The position numbers and the translations under genes were made by a program. A model generated the notes under the pieces. That model was not told the origin of the DNA and did no database searches. It worked only from the letters and a program-made list of their open reading frames with translations. From Candidatus Oxydemutatoraceae bacterium (GTDB taxonomy: Bacteria > Pseudomonadota > Gammaproteobacteria > Poriferisulfidales > Oxydemutatoraceae), in NCBI GenBank assembly GCA_965219575.1, contig OZ244779.1, positions 32,001-96,000 on the forward strand: a stretch of 64,000 nucleotides of DNA, read 5' to 3'. This document shows, one piece after another, positions 10,216 to 21,000 of the stretch (its first letter is position 1; each line of letters starts with the position of its first letter).

Positions 10216-11007
10216 ATGCGCCTTCAAACACATAACACTTTAGCACCGCTGAGCCACAAAGATAAAAGCATAGTCTATATAGGAGTCATCGCCGTGATGC
10301 TGGTATCGTGGCTTTATCTGCTAAACATGGCAGAGCAACACAGCCGCATGGATATGTCCATGATGAGTATGCCGCAAAGCGATCTCGGGTACAGATCAAC
10401 CCTATACGATTTCTTGATTTTATTCCTAATGTGGTCGGTGATGATGACTGCGATGATGTTGCCCGGTATATTACCCGCGACGACGATATTCGCTGCATTT
10501 AATCAACGAAAAAAAGCACATGCAAAACCTTATGTGAGAACCTATATCTTTGTCATGGCTTATTTAAGTGCATGGATTGCATGTAGCGTATTGTTTGCCC
10601 TTACCCAGTCGAGTTTATCAACGGCGGGGGTGCTGGATAGTGCAATGAAAACGAACAACTCGCTATTGAGCGGTGGCATTTTGATACTCGCCGGTATTTA
10701 TCAGTGGACTCCGCTCAAAGAAGCCTGTCTTAGACAGTGCAGATCGCCGTTCGGCTTTTTTATAGCACGATGGCGCGAAGGGCATTGGGGGGCTATTTAT
10801 ATGGGGTGGCGTTATGGTTTGTTCTGCGTCGGTTGTTGCTGGGCATTGATGGCAATTATGTTTTCGGTAGGCGCAATGAATATCTTATGGATGGCTATAC
10901 TATCCCTATTCGTGTTGTGTGAAAAAATTTTTCCACAAAGCACATTGCTCCGAAATATTGCCGGTATTTTATTGGTGTGTTGGGGAGGTTATTTATTACT
11001 GGGCTGA
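10216..11007 (+). CDS. DUF2182 family predicted metal-binding membrane protein
   Basis: MWSVMMTAMMLP, YQWTPLK.ACL..CRSP and G.FCVGCCWALM...F.VG.MN..WM motifs. Confidence 0.88.
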   Translation: MRLQTHNTLAPLSHKDKSIVYIGVIAVMLVSWLYLLNMAEQHSRMDMSMMSMPQSDLGYRSTLYDFLILFLMWSVMMTAMMLPGILPATTIFAAFNQRKKAHAKPYVRTYIFVMAYLSAWIACSVLFALTQSSLSTAGVLDSAMKTNNSLLSGGILILAGIYQWTPLKEACLRQCRSPFGFFIARWREGHWGAIYMGWRYGLFCVGCCWALMAIMFSVGAMNILWMAILSLFVLCEKIFPQSTLLRNIAGILLVCWGGYLLLG

Positions 11008-11086
11008 TACATAATCGGGTGGCGCATATAGGCCGGTGCGACACTGATGCCAACCCCGATCCATGCGTCATTTGATTAGGGTTTCG

Positions 11087-11095
11087 TGGTATAAT
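11087..11095 (+). promoter_or_regulatory. putative extended -10 promoter of rpoD
   Basis: TGGTATAAT (TGn-TATAAT) about 30 bp upstream of the rpoD start. Confidence 0.4.
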
Positions 11096-11124
11096 CCGTG
11101 TTTCAAATTTGATGCGAGGGAATT

Positions 11125-12912
11125 ATGACTAAATCACTGAAGTCTAAACAATTTAAGTTAAGTAAAGAGATTATTGCCAAAGGCAAGGAACGCGGTTTTC
11201 TGAGTTGTGCCGAACTCAGCGACCATCTACCCAACGATATCGTTGAAGCGGAACAAATCGAAGATATTATTGCGGTACTCACCGAAGCCGGCGTTAAGAT
11301 AGTCGAAAAATTACCCTCCGAAGATGAATTGTTGCTCAACAACGACGAAATAGTTGAAATGCCTGTGGAAGAAGTCGCTAGAGCGTTAACGCATACCAAT
11401 CACGAATTGAGAGGAACAACCGATCCTACCCGTATGTATATGCGTGAAATGGGCGCGGTCAACTTGTTGAACCGCGAAGGAGAAGTGGAAATTGCCAAGC
11501 GTATTGAAGAGGGGATGGATAAGGTACGCTCGGCACTGGGAACTTTCCCACCGGCAATTGCCGTATTGTTGGATATCTATGACAAATATAAAAGTGGCGA
11601 TATCAAAGAGCCTATAGCAACCGGTTTTTGGGAAGAGTGCGAGATTTCGATCGAAGAAACCAAAAAAATGGATAGTATGGAAATGATGGATCCCGACTTC
11701 CAAGAAGAAGCAATTGACACCGAAGATTTAGAGCAACACTTAGCGTTCTTAAAAAGACTTTACAGACGATCTAGATTGAAATCGGTACGCAAGTCGCCGA
11801 AATCGTACTCTAATCTATGCGAAAGAATGTCGGAGTTGTTGCTGGAACTTAATCTTACCCCTTTTGTCAACGAAGCTCTAAATCAAGAATTGAAATCTTA
11901 TAGTAAACGGATCAATACGACAGAGCGTGTGTTATTCGATATTTGTGTTAGAAAGGCGAAGATGCCCAAAAAGTATTTCATAGAGCGCACCAAAGAGAAT
12001 AAAATCGGCTATCTCTTGGGTTTGAGTTTGCTGCGGTCAAAATACGGTAAATCTTTACGCCCCTATAAAGACGCAATATTGCGAGAGCAAAACAAAATGA
12101 TTCAAATCGAAGAAGACACCGGTCTTTCTATCGCCGAAATCAAGAGAATCAATCTTGCCGTCGGTTCTGCAGAAACAAAAGCACGACGTGCCAAAAAAGA
12201 AATGATAGAAGCCAACTTACGATTGGTCATTTCTATCGCTAAAAAATACACCAATCGTGGATTGCATTTTTTAGATCTCATACAAGAGGGTAATATCGGT
12301 TTAATGAAAGCCGTTGATAAATTTGAATATCGTCGCGGCTACAAATTCTCGACATACGCAACTTGGTGGATACGCCAAGCAATCACCCGTTCGATAGCGG
12401 ATCAGGCACGCACGATACGTATCCCGGTACATATGATAGAGACAATCAATAAATTCAACCGCACAACCCGCAAACTCATTCAAGAATTCGGGCGAGAACC
12501 CAAACCTCACGAACTAGCACAGGCTTTGAACATGCCCGAAGATAAAGTGCGCAAGGTAATTAAGGTAACCAAAGAACCGATCTCTTTAGAAACACCGGTA
12601 GGCGACGATAATGATTCTCAACTCGAACAATTTATCAACGACGAGAATACAAAATTGCCCGACGAAAACGCATACAGCGATGCCTTAAAAAACGCTATGG
12701 AAGGTTTGTTGACAGGACTTACTCCCAGAGAAGCACAAGTTTTGAGAATGCGGTTCGGTATCAACATGAATACCGATCACACCTTAGAAGAAGTAGGAAA
12801 ACAGTTCGACGTGACACGAGAAAGAATACGCCAAATAGAAGCAAAAGCACTGAAAAAATTACGGCAACCGTCTAAAGCAGCGTTGCTTCGCAGTTTTCTG
12901 GACACCGATTGA
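11125..12912 (+). CDS. rpoD: RNA polymerase sigma-70 factor
   Basis: Region 1.1, [65 protein letters not shown] and [20 protein letters not shown]. Confidence 0.98.
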   Translation: MTKSLKSKQFKLSKEIIAKGKERGFLSCAELSDHLPNDIVEAEQIEDIIAVLTEAGVKIVEKLPSEDELLLNNDEIVEMPVEEVARALTHTNHELRGTTDPTRMYMREMGAVNLLNREGEVEIAKRIEEGMDKVRSALGTFPPAIAVLLDIYDKYKSGDIKEPIATGFWEECEISIEETKKMDSMEMMDPDFQEEAIDTEDLEQHLAFLKRLYRRSRLKSVRKSPKSYSNLCERMSELLLELNLTPFVNEALNQELKSYSKRINTTERVLFDICVRKAKMPKKYFIERTKENKIGYLLGLSLLRSKYGKSLRPYKDAILREQNKMIQIEEDTGLSIAEIKRINLAVGSAETKARRAKKEMIEANLRLVISIAKKYTNRGLHFLDLIQEGNIGLMKAVDKFEYRRGYKFSTYATWWIRQAITRSIADQARTIRIPVHMIETINKFNRTTRKLIQEFGREPKPHELAQALNMPEDKVRKVIKVTKEPISLETPVGDDNDSQLEQFINDENTKLPDENAYSDALKNAMEGLLTGLTPREAQVLRMRFGINMNTDHTLEEVGKQFDVTRERIRQIEAKALKKLRQPSKAALLRSFLDTD

Positions 12913-12979
12913 TAACCGTATTAAAAAATTTGCTATTGCGATAGCATAAGAATAGTTTTATCCTTTAACCTTCATCCAA

Positions 12980-13053
12980 GGGCCTGTAGCTCAGTCGGTC
13001 AGAGCGGGGGACTCATAATCCTTAGGTCGCAGGTTCGAATCCTGCCGGGCCCA
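12980..13053 (+). tRNA. tRNA with CAT anticodon, probably tRNA-Ile2 (lysidine-modified); CCA not encoded
   Basis: GGGCCTGTAGCTCAGTCGGTCAGAGCGGGGGACT-CAT-AATCCTTAGGTCGCAGGTTCGAATCCTGCCGGGCCCA. The position downstream of rpoD matches ileX in gammaproteobacteria. Confidence 0.9.
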
Positions 13054-13054
13054 T

Positions 13055-13414
13055 GGGGCTGTTGAAAAAGTGCGGCATCGTACGAATCCAATCACTTGCG
13101 CCATTTGGTTTTGGTTTCCATAAATTGGATGGATGAATGTATAAATCGTGTAGGCACAACGCGTTACGGGCGGACATGCTAGTCCGCCCCTACGGGTGGT
13201 TTGCAAATATTCACGGCGCAAGCGGTTACGGTTGCACGCTGACGATACTTTTTCAACAGCCCCCCATTTATTCTTTATGATGCTTAGACAGCCGACATGC
13301 TAGTCCGCCCCTACGGGTGGTTTGCAAATATTCACGGCGCAAGCGGTTACGGTTGCACGCTGACGATACTTTTTCAACAGCCCCCCATTTATTCTTTATG
13401 ATGCTTAAACAACC
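13055..13414. repeat. MITE (13055-13263, CCAT duplicated) plus a 121-bp tandem duplication of its right end
   Basis: TIRs as in the other copies; 13173-13293 is repeated at 13294-13414. Confidence 0.88.
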
Positions 13415-14319
13415 GACAATGTCGCCAGACAATCGGTCCATTGCCGCTGGCGATACGCGCCGAAACCCAATAATGTGAATAGTGCTTCCAGTCGATCGGT
13501 GTCGGCTGCACCGAGCTGCGTATTAAAGGTTTCGGGCAATGAAACATCCCTACAAATTGTAGCCAAACGGTGTGATAGTTTTATGGTCTCCGTATACTCC
13601 CTCACCAAACCCTCAATACGCCGAGCCCCACGGATACTAATATCGGAGATACACCCGACCTCGGTCAATAACCGATCGATAGAATTAAAATGACGGATTA
13701 ATTCCGTTGCGGTTTTAGGTCCTATTCCCGGCACACCCGGTATGTTGTCTACGGGATCGCCGGCAATTGCGAGCATGTCGGGGATTTGTTCCGGTAACAC
13801 TCCGAACTTGTCCAATACCCCCTGACAACCTAATTTAAGGTCTTGACCGTAATCCCACCATATATCGTCCCCTTCCAGCAGCTGTGTTAGGTCTTTATCT
13901 CTACTGACGATGACTACCGACTGTCCTCGTTGATGCGCTCGATGAGCCAAAGTGCCGATTAAATCGTCGGCTTCATAGTAGTTCGATGCAATTTCGCTAA
14001 GCCCGATAGCAACTAGAAATTCTCTACACTGCGCAAACTGACTTTTTAATTCTTCGGGAGCGGGATCTCGGTTCGCTTTATAAGGCGGATAAATATCGTT
14101 TCTATACGAGGTATCCAAGCTCTCGTCAAAAGCGAAGACTATATGTGTAGGCTTTACCTCATTGAGCAGTTTTAGCACAAAATCGCAAAAACCGTACACC
14201 GCATTGGCGGGTTGCCCTTCGGTGTTGCAGACGGTGTCGGACAGTGCAAACCAAGATCGAAATACATAAATACTTGCGTCGATCAGATAGAGCCGTGTAT
14301 CGCTATTCATCGGCTTCAA
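13405..14319 (-). CDS. stand-alone 5'-3' exonuclease / flap endonuclease (PolI N-terminal-like)
   Basis: LIDAS.YVFR, YKANR, YEADDLIGT, SRDKDL.Q and GDPVDNIPGVPGIGPKTA (H3TH) motifs. Confidence 0.92.
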   Translation of the reverse strand: MKPMNSDTRLYLIDASIYVFRSWFALSDTVCNTEGQPANAVYGFCDFVLKLLNEVKPTHIVFAFDESLDTSYRNDIYPPYKANRDPAPEELKSQFAQCREFLVAIGLSEIASNYYEADDLIGTLAHRAHQRGQSVVIVSRDKDLTQLLEGDDIWWDYGQDLKLGCQGVLDKFGVLPEQIPDMLAIAGDPVDNIPGVPGIGPKTATELIRHFNSIDRLLTEVGCISDISIRGARRIEGLVREYTETIKLSHRLATICRDVSLPETFNTQLGAADTDRLEALFTLLGFGAYRQRQWTDCLATLSVV

Positions 14320-15146
14320 ATGTTCGGCGTATAAATGTATGCCGAGTCGGGATGCAACAGCTTCATCGTTCTATACGAATGTTGATTATAAACCCAGCCT
14401 GTTACTATCAAACAAAGACCTTTTTCAAAAATTACCGGCACCGCCTCGGTCTCAAAATAAATTTCGTTTTGTTGCGGTATCAAAAAACGAAAACGGTCGG
14501 ACAAATAAAGATATTTTTTATCGCGGTATTTCCTGACCCGTTGTATACAACCCGATACTCGGTTAAAGCCGCTATATTTTAATTTGTCGGCGGCAGTCGG
14601 AGTGAAATAAGGTTCTGCCCAAACACCCTGCTCGGTGCGCCGAGCGTACTGTTCGGCATTGCGATAGCAATCGCGATAACGTAAATTAGGCGGAATACTG
14701 ATCGCAAAACCCAGACCTTCTCGGATGAGCTTCGCACCCACATTGTTGCCTTGCTCGTCAAAGACATGAGCCAACACCCTGCCGTATTTATCATAACGAT
14801 CCTCGTCGTGAACGATGAATGCATGATCGCTATGCAGGTATGCGCGTAGCCGCTCTCGAGCGCGTACGGCTAAAGGTTGATTGGGTCTATCTTTATAGCC
14901 TATCTCCGGTGCATTAATGCCGATAATTCGTATGCGTTTATCGTCGGTCAAGGTCAAGGTGTCGCCGTCGTTGACAAAGCGCACCGATACCCGATGATTC
15001 GGTGTTTGTAATGTACACGAATCCTCTTCGGCACCGGATGCGACGGAAAAACTTAAAATAAAAAGAGAGAAAAATAAAGCGTAGCTTAAACGACGCAATA
15101 CATTAACGATTATATCGTTTGCGGAATTTGTCAACTTGACCGGCAC
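14316..15146 (-). CDS. exported thermonuclease (SNase-like) family protein; true start probably near 15100
   Basis: VNDGDTL, RIRIIGINAPE and DKYGRVLAHV motifs with a hydrophobic signal region. The annotated start overlaps rpmE. Confidence 0.85.
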   Translation of the reverse strand: MPVKLTNSANDIIVNVLRRLSYALFFSLFILSFSVASGAEEDSCTLQTPNHRVSVRFVNDGDTLTLTDDKRIRIIGINAPEIGYKDRPNQPLAVRARERLRAYLHSDHAFIVHDEDRYDKYGRVLAHVFDEQGNNVGAKLIREGLGFAISIPPNLRYRDCYRNAEQYARRTEQGVWAEPYFTPTAADKLKYSGFNRVSGCIQRVRKYRDKKYLYLSDRFRFLIPQQNEIYFETEAVPVIFEKGLCLIVTGWVYNQHSYRTMKLLHPDSAYIYTPNI

Positions 15147-15306
15147 TTTCTAAAATTTTCTGCTTGCCTGTATAAAAGGGATGGCAGGCTGCACAAACCT
15201 CAACCGTCATCTGTTTTTCCGGATAGGTCGAGCGAACCTTATACTTACAACCGCAACTACAAGTCACATCGACATATTTATATTCGGGGTGTATATCTGC
15301 TTTCAT
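15103..15306 (-). CDS. rpmE: 50S ribosomal protein L31 (Zn-binding type)
   Basis: MKADIHPEY...CSCG...VC.ACHPFYTGKQK....GQVDKFRKRY. Confidence 0.96.
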   Translation of the reverse strand: MKADIHPEYKYVDVTCSCGCKYKVRSTYPEKQMTVEVCAACHPFYTGKQKILESAGQVDKFRKRYNR

Positions 15307-15349
15307 CATAAGATTTAGAATTAAATGCGTATCATAGCCGAATCCGAAG

Positions 15350-16537
15350 CTATAGACAAGAGGCATTATCGCGATGATGCGATGTCGGTTTATGAAATAG
15401 TCCGGCTATGCTTTTAACGAGGTGCTCAATATCGGCTTCTCGATGTGCTGCGGACAGCATAATTCTAAGACGAGCCGTCCCATGCGGCACGGTGGGCGGG
15501 CGTATCGCAACAACCAACAAACCCTCCTTGAGTAGAGCATCGCTTAAATCCATTGCCGATTTAGCGTCTCCGACGACGATGCCTTGAATCGCAGTAGTTG
15601 AATCCAAGCAAGGAATTTCATATTCGGCCGCCATGCTTCTGAATAAATTGATATTCCGATGCAGTGTGTTGCGACGGGTATCGTCGGTTTGGATGATTTC
15701 CAAGCTCGCTTGGGTAGCACAAACAACGGGAGGCGGCAGTGCGGTTGTGTAGATATAGGTGCGTGCTTTTTGTATCAAAGCCTCTATTAAATCATCGCTA
15801 CCGGCAACGAAGGCTCCGAAAGCCCCCAAGGCTTTGCCCAAAGTTGCCATCATCACCGGCACTTGTTGTTGGTTCAACCCGAAGTGTTCGAGGCTACCGC
15901 TTCCCGAAGCCCCCAACACACCGAAGCCGTGTGCGTCATCGACAACCAAAGTTGCCGAGTGTTCGGCGCACATATCGGATAACTCGGGCAACGGCGCAAT
16001 GTCTCCACCCATGCTAAACACGGCATCGCTGACGACAATCGCGTCTTTTTTCTCGTGTTTTAGGCTTCGGCGCAGAGATTCGGCATTGCCGTGTGCATAA
16101 CGGTATAAGTTTGCGCGCGACAGTAAAGCAGCATCGACAAGCGATGCATGATTTAGTTTATCTTCGTAAATTGCAGTGTGTCTATCCGCCAATGTTGTCA
16201 ATATGCCCAAATTAGCCATATAACCACCGGAAAATACCAACGCTCGTTCTCTAGAGACAAATTTTGCCAAAGACTCTTCGAGTATTTGATGTGCCTTTGT
16301 ATAGCCGTCAATCAAACAAGAAGCACCGGCACCGGTTCCGTATAGACGCGCGCCCTCCATACAAGCATTCACAACATGGGGATCACTCGCAAGCCCCAAA
16401 TAGTCATTGCTCGAGAAAGATAAGACCTCTTGTCCGTTCCATACGCGTAAAGCCCCCTTACATCCCAAACCGACATGTCTTTTGCGGTAAAGATTGTGTT
16501 TATGTTGATGGGCAATGATAGAATATAGATTTTTCAA
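15350..16537 (-). CDS. bioF: 8-amino-7-oxononanoate synthase
   Basis: FSSNDYLGL, DKLNHASLVD, DDAHGFGVLG, TLGKALG and AIRPPTVP motifs; adjacent to bioB. Confidence 0.95.
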   Translation of the reverse strand: MKNLYSIIAHQHKHNLYRKRHVGLGCKGALRVWNGQEVLSFSSNDYLGLASDPHVVNACMEGARLYGTGAGASCLIDGYTKAHQILEESLAKFVSRERALVFSGGYMANLGILTTLADRHTAIYEDKLNHASLVDAALLSRANLYRYAHGNAESLRRSLKHEKKDAIVVSDAVFSMGGDIAPLPELSDMCAEHSATLVVDDAHGFGVLGASGSGSLEHFGLNQQQVPVMMATLGKALGAFGAFVAGSDDLIEALIQKARTYIYTTALPPPVVCATQASLEIIQTDDTRRNTLHRNINLFRSMAAEYEIPCLDSTTAIQGIVVGDAKSAMDLSDALLKEGLLVVAIRPPTVPHGTARLRIMLSAAHREADIEHLVKSIAGLFHKPTSHHRDNASCL

Positions 16538-16561
16538 CGAGTATCGCCGTTATAAAATGAC

Positions 16562-17530
16562 TTATCCGTGTGCGGAAATTGTTTGCAGATCAAGCCGTTT
16601 GAATAAATCCATATCGCGTTCCGCCTTGGGATTGGCGGTAGTCAATAATTTTTCTCCGTAAAAAACAGAGTTTGCCCCGGCAAAGAAACACAAAGCCTGC
16701 ATTTCTTCGGACATGAATTCACGACCCGCAGAGAGCCGCAACCACGACTTAGGCATTACGATACGCGCAGTTGCGATAGTGCGCACAAACTCTAAACTAT
16801 CCAAGGCTTCCGTGCCGTAGAGCGGTGTGCCCTCCACCTGCACCAATAGATTAATCGGCACCGATTCGGGATGCGTTTCAAGGTTTGCCAGTTGACAAAG
16901 CAACCCGACGCGTTCGGCACGAGACTCACCCATACCGAGTATGCCACCGCAACACACTTTCATACCCGCCGCTTTTACACAGTCTAGCGTCCTAAGCCGT
17001 TCCTCGTAGGTGCGAGTCGTAATAATGTTGCCGTAAAATTCCGGCGAGGTATCCAAATTATGATTGTAATAATCAAGCCCCGCGCTTGCTAATCTACGAG
17101 TTTGTGATTCGCTCAACATACCCAATGTTACACAAGTCTCTAAACCCATAGCCTTGACCGCTTCCACCATTTCCGCAACGCGCTCTAGATTTCTATCGGT
17201 AGGAGACCGCCACGCAGCCCCCATGCAAAATCTATCGGCACCACTCTCTTTAGCGCGCCTCGCTGCCTCGATCACTTCTGCAATATCCAACAAACGCTCG
17301 GGACTCAAGCCGGTATCGTGGCGGATACTTTGCGGACAATATGCGCAATCTTCCGGACATCCTCCTGTTTTAATCGATAACAAAGTGCTGATCTGTATTT
17401 TTTGCGGGTCGTGAAATTGCCTGTGAATACTTTGCGCCTTGAATAAAAGGTCATTGAACGGCATTGCCATCAAAGCCGTTATTTCCTGCCGTTGCCAATC
17501 GTTTCTGAGGCGAGCTTCGTGTTTAGTCAT
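16562..17530 (-). CDS. bioB: biotin synthase
   Basis: [17 protein letters not shown] radical-SAM motif, YYNHNLDTS and RLSAGR. Confidence 0.97.
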   Translation of the reverse strand: MTKHEARLRNDWQRQEITALMAMPFNDLLFKAQSIHRQFHDPQKIQISTLLSIKTGGCPEDCAYCPQSIRHDTGLSPERLLDIAEVIEAARRAKESGADRFCMGAAWRSPTDRNLERVAEMVEAVKAMGLETCVTLGMLSESQTRRLASAGLDYYNHNLDTSPEFYGNIITTRTYEERLRTLDCVKAAGMKVCCGGILGMGESRAERVGLLCQLANLETHPESVPINLLVQVEGTPLYGTEALDSLEFVRTIATARIVMPKSWLRLSAGREFMSEEMQALCFFAGANSVFYGEKLLTTANPKAERDMDLFKRLDLQTISAHG

Positions 17531-17602
17531 TAAATGGTTATCCTTGTTGTTTATCAATCGGAATATTCATTATAGGTGAACCTATTATAGGTGCAATTAC
17601 GG

Positions 17603-17991
17603 GGGGCTGTTGAAAAATTATCCACGAACTGTAGGGAAGGTACATTCCCCTCCTGCGGAGGGGAATTAGCTGATGCAGAACCTTGGGAGCTGTTGAAAAA
17701 GTATTCCATAGAGTGGTAGGGGCGGACTTGCATGTCCGCCCGTAACGCGCTGGTTGGCACGATTTATACATTCATTCACCTGATTTATGGAAACCAAAAC
17801 CATACGGCGCAAGCGGTTACGGCTGTGCAGAACAGCACTTAAGGGCAGACACACAGGTCTGCCCCTACAGGTGGTTTGGATAATTATGTGGCGCATAGCG
17901 GTTGAATTCGTGCAGAACAGTACTTTTTCAACAGCCCCCCTTGACAACCACCCCGTCAGGCTTCGCCTGCCACCCCGCCACAGGAGAGGAA
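17603..17991. repeat. repeat cluster: lone TIR at 17603, hairpin elements, and MITE 17686-17938 (TSD CCTTG) with an inverted REP pair
   Basis: REPs at 17716-17741 and 17843-17868; CCTTG at 17681-17685 and 17939-17943. Confidence 0.86.
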
Positions 17992-18012
17992 TGGATGTGT
18001 TATCGATGATCT

Positions 18013-21000
18013 CTATTGTAAAAATCCCTCCAGGAACACTTTGGCTCGGATTCTAATACTTCGCTGTTCTTTACTGCCGGTAGACATTTCGTCGATTATC
18101 GGAGGTTGCGATTCCTCCGACACTTGCCCTTGCAACTCTATTTGCGTCGTATGCTCACTTCTCTTACCCAACCCGTCCACTACGGTAGTCCGCACACGAT
18201 AGGCGGTTCCCGGAGCCGAGTTCGGACCCTCCGGCAGCGTATAACGCATTCCGTTCACGCCTTCTAGTTCGTTGAAGGCATCGGACCCCACCGGACAATG
18301 CTCCCAAACATGCGTCTTCTCTTCAATGCCGTTATCATCGCTGAGCCGGTCGTTGAGTTGCAATACACCATCGGGCAATTCCTCAAGCACCGTCGTGCCG
18401 GTCGTCGGACTGTCTATTTGCAAAATAAGACACACGATTTGTGTCGTGCCGTCGGCATTATTAATTTTCACTTCCAACATCTCTTCCAACGAGTCTTCCA
18501 GATAATCCGCCTCGGGTGTGCCGCTGAACATAAGTCCCGACTCCGATTCGGCGTGATCTAACCAACTCGGCATCCGCATCACCGTATAGCCTTGCATCCC
18601 ATCACTGCTGCCTCTGACCGTATTTCTCGGAATGACATACTCAAACGGCTGATTCATTCCGACTAGCTGCACCGCTACACTTTGCTCGGCACGGGAAATC
18701 GTCAGGTGATAAGTTCTGCTCGCTTGCGACGCAAATTCAACCTGAACCGTAATCATCGTCATACCCGAAGCAGCCAATGAAATCGGGGAACTTTGGTTTC
18801 CGCTTAACACACTCTCGCTAAAGCCGTTATCGCTCATGATGCCGATGTCGGTGACACCGGGCGTAGCGGTCGGAAGCAATTTAATCGTATCCGCCTCGTT
18901 GGCAATCATCAAACGATAATTAAACACTTCGGTATTAAACAGATACGGTATCTCTTCGGTAGTTAATATAGACAAACCCGACAATCCGATCCGTTGATCG
19001 GGCATCAGCGTGCCGGCACCGGATTTAAGGGCAGGATATTGCGTTGCGGTGCCGAAATCCCATACCTCGAGATCCCAGCTACTGTATATACCGGTTGTCG
19101 TCGTCGGAGATTGCAACAGTGCCGTCGTCTTGCCTTCGCCACCGGCACTCTGTGCTCTTTCACTCGTCGTCTTATCCCAGTAGCTAGCGGTGATAGTCGC
19201 ATCTTCACTTTTAACACCCACTAGCCCACCTATGCCTCTTTCCCCTAAATTGCCTTCCACACGACCTACCGCATAGCTATTTATAATACGACCAACATGG
19301 ACACCGGCTAATCCTCCGACACTAAAGTTCGCCCGCACATCGGCAAATGAATAACTATCCCTAATCGTATAGTTTCTTTCATTATTACCCACTAATCCAC
19401 CGACCACATTTACTCCTACTACTTTACCGGTCGCATAACTGTTGACAACGCTACCGCTAATGCCGTTATTGCTACCAATCAAGCCTCCCACAGAGTTATT
19501 GCTTCCTTCTACATTCGCAATCGCATAACTATTGATAATATGACCGTTAGCTCCGATATTGCTCCCCACTAATCCGCCTACGCGACCCAGACCTTTGACA
19601 CTACCAATCGCATGACTACCGGAAACACGGCTGGCTAATAGAGAGCCTACTAAACCACCGACGAAGCTACTAAGATTGGCAGTTCCTATTGCTTCCACAT
19701 AAACTATCGCATAACTGTCGCTAATACTCGAATGCAAACTGCTACCAACTAATCCGCCGGTCTGAGAGTGCCCTATCACATCACCGGTCACATAGCTGTT
19801 ACTAACAATGCCACCGCCGCCCATGCGACCGACTAATCCACCGACCGCACGCCTTCCTCCGATATCCACATCTATTAGTCCGACACCGTTGATTTTAGTG
19901 CCACCACCGGATGCATGACCGAATAAACCTATATCGTTTTCTAGTTCTCTATTAATCATTAGATTGGAAATCGTGTTGTCGTTGCCCTCAAACCTCGTTA
20001 TCAGGCTCAGCGGTTTCCAGCCGGCACCTGTTGTCCAAGTACTCTTGTTAGCAATATCTTGATAATGATCATCGTTGTTGAAATCTAAATCATTGCTCAA
20101 TTCATATCCTCTGCATACACCTTCGCCACAACCTACGGTGCTTTTTATTGCCGATTCATTCTCTCTATAGCCGCTACCGCTCGGCGCATAGCGAATTGCA
20201 TTCAATCCCTCCAAACTGCAAATCTCTATCAAGCCGTCGTCGTCTTGATCTACGTCTGTTGTGCCACAGGATGTTAACGGCAGTGCTTCAATTTCTATAC
20301 TTAATTCAACCGCCGCCGCGCTCGCCGTAAGTGTCCCGCTGTCGTCGGTAGCAGTCAATCGCAGTCTCAACGAACCTGGCTGCAATGCAGTTAATTCAAA
20401 CTCGGCTGTTCTCGTCTCACCGAGATCGGCACCCAGCAATATCCCCGGCGGTTCTACAAGCACTATCTCCGTCATTGTCGGAATCTGCGCTATCGTGAGT
20501 GTGACAATATCCTCTGCATCAACTTCCGATATGACTACCGAGACCCTCGTCGTCTGCCCGGATAGTAGTCTGATAGAACTATTATCACTCGGCACATCTA
20601 TGCTCGGGGCGGTATTCGTTTTCCCTCGATAGGCTGAGAAATCGGATGCAATCTCTTCGCTGTAGCCTTGCCCGTCGGTATAACTCACTATCACGCGATA
20701 CTGGACGATACCGCCGGTATACTTCGGTGCGGTATACGCCTCGCTCGTGCCGGCAGGCACATTCGTCCATGCGGTACCGACACTCTCTCTGCTCTGCCAC
20801 TGATATCCGATAGTGCCGACACCGCCGTCGGGGTCGCCGCTCAAATCTATAGCCGGCGCAGTAAGCACTCTGTCGTTTAGACTCGGCGCGCCCAATGCCG
20901 CAATCTGTCCGTTGTTGCGCTTGGCTATGGTAATTTCTATTTGCCGTGTGATGATGCCCACATAACTACTCGCTTCCAATGTCAACATCGCATTAGCGGT

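Noticed and set aside
18013-18100. Giant proteins as RTX/T1SS or autotransporter substrates
   Set aside because: There are no GGxGxD nonapeptide repeats and no C-terminal beta-barrel or terminal aromatic residue, and a Sec signal is present.
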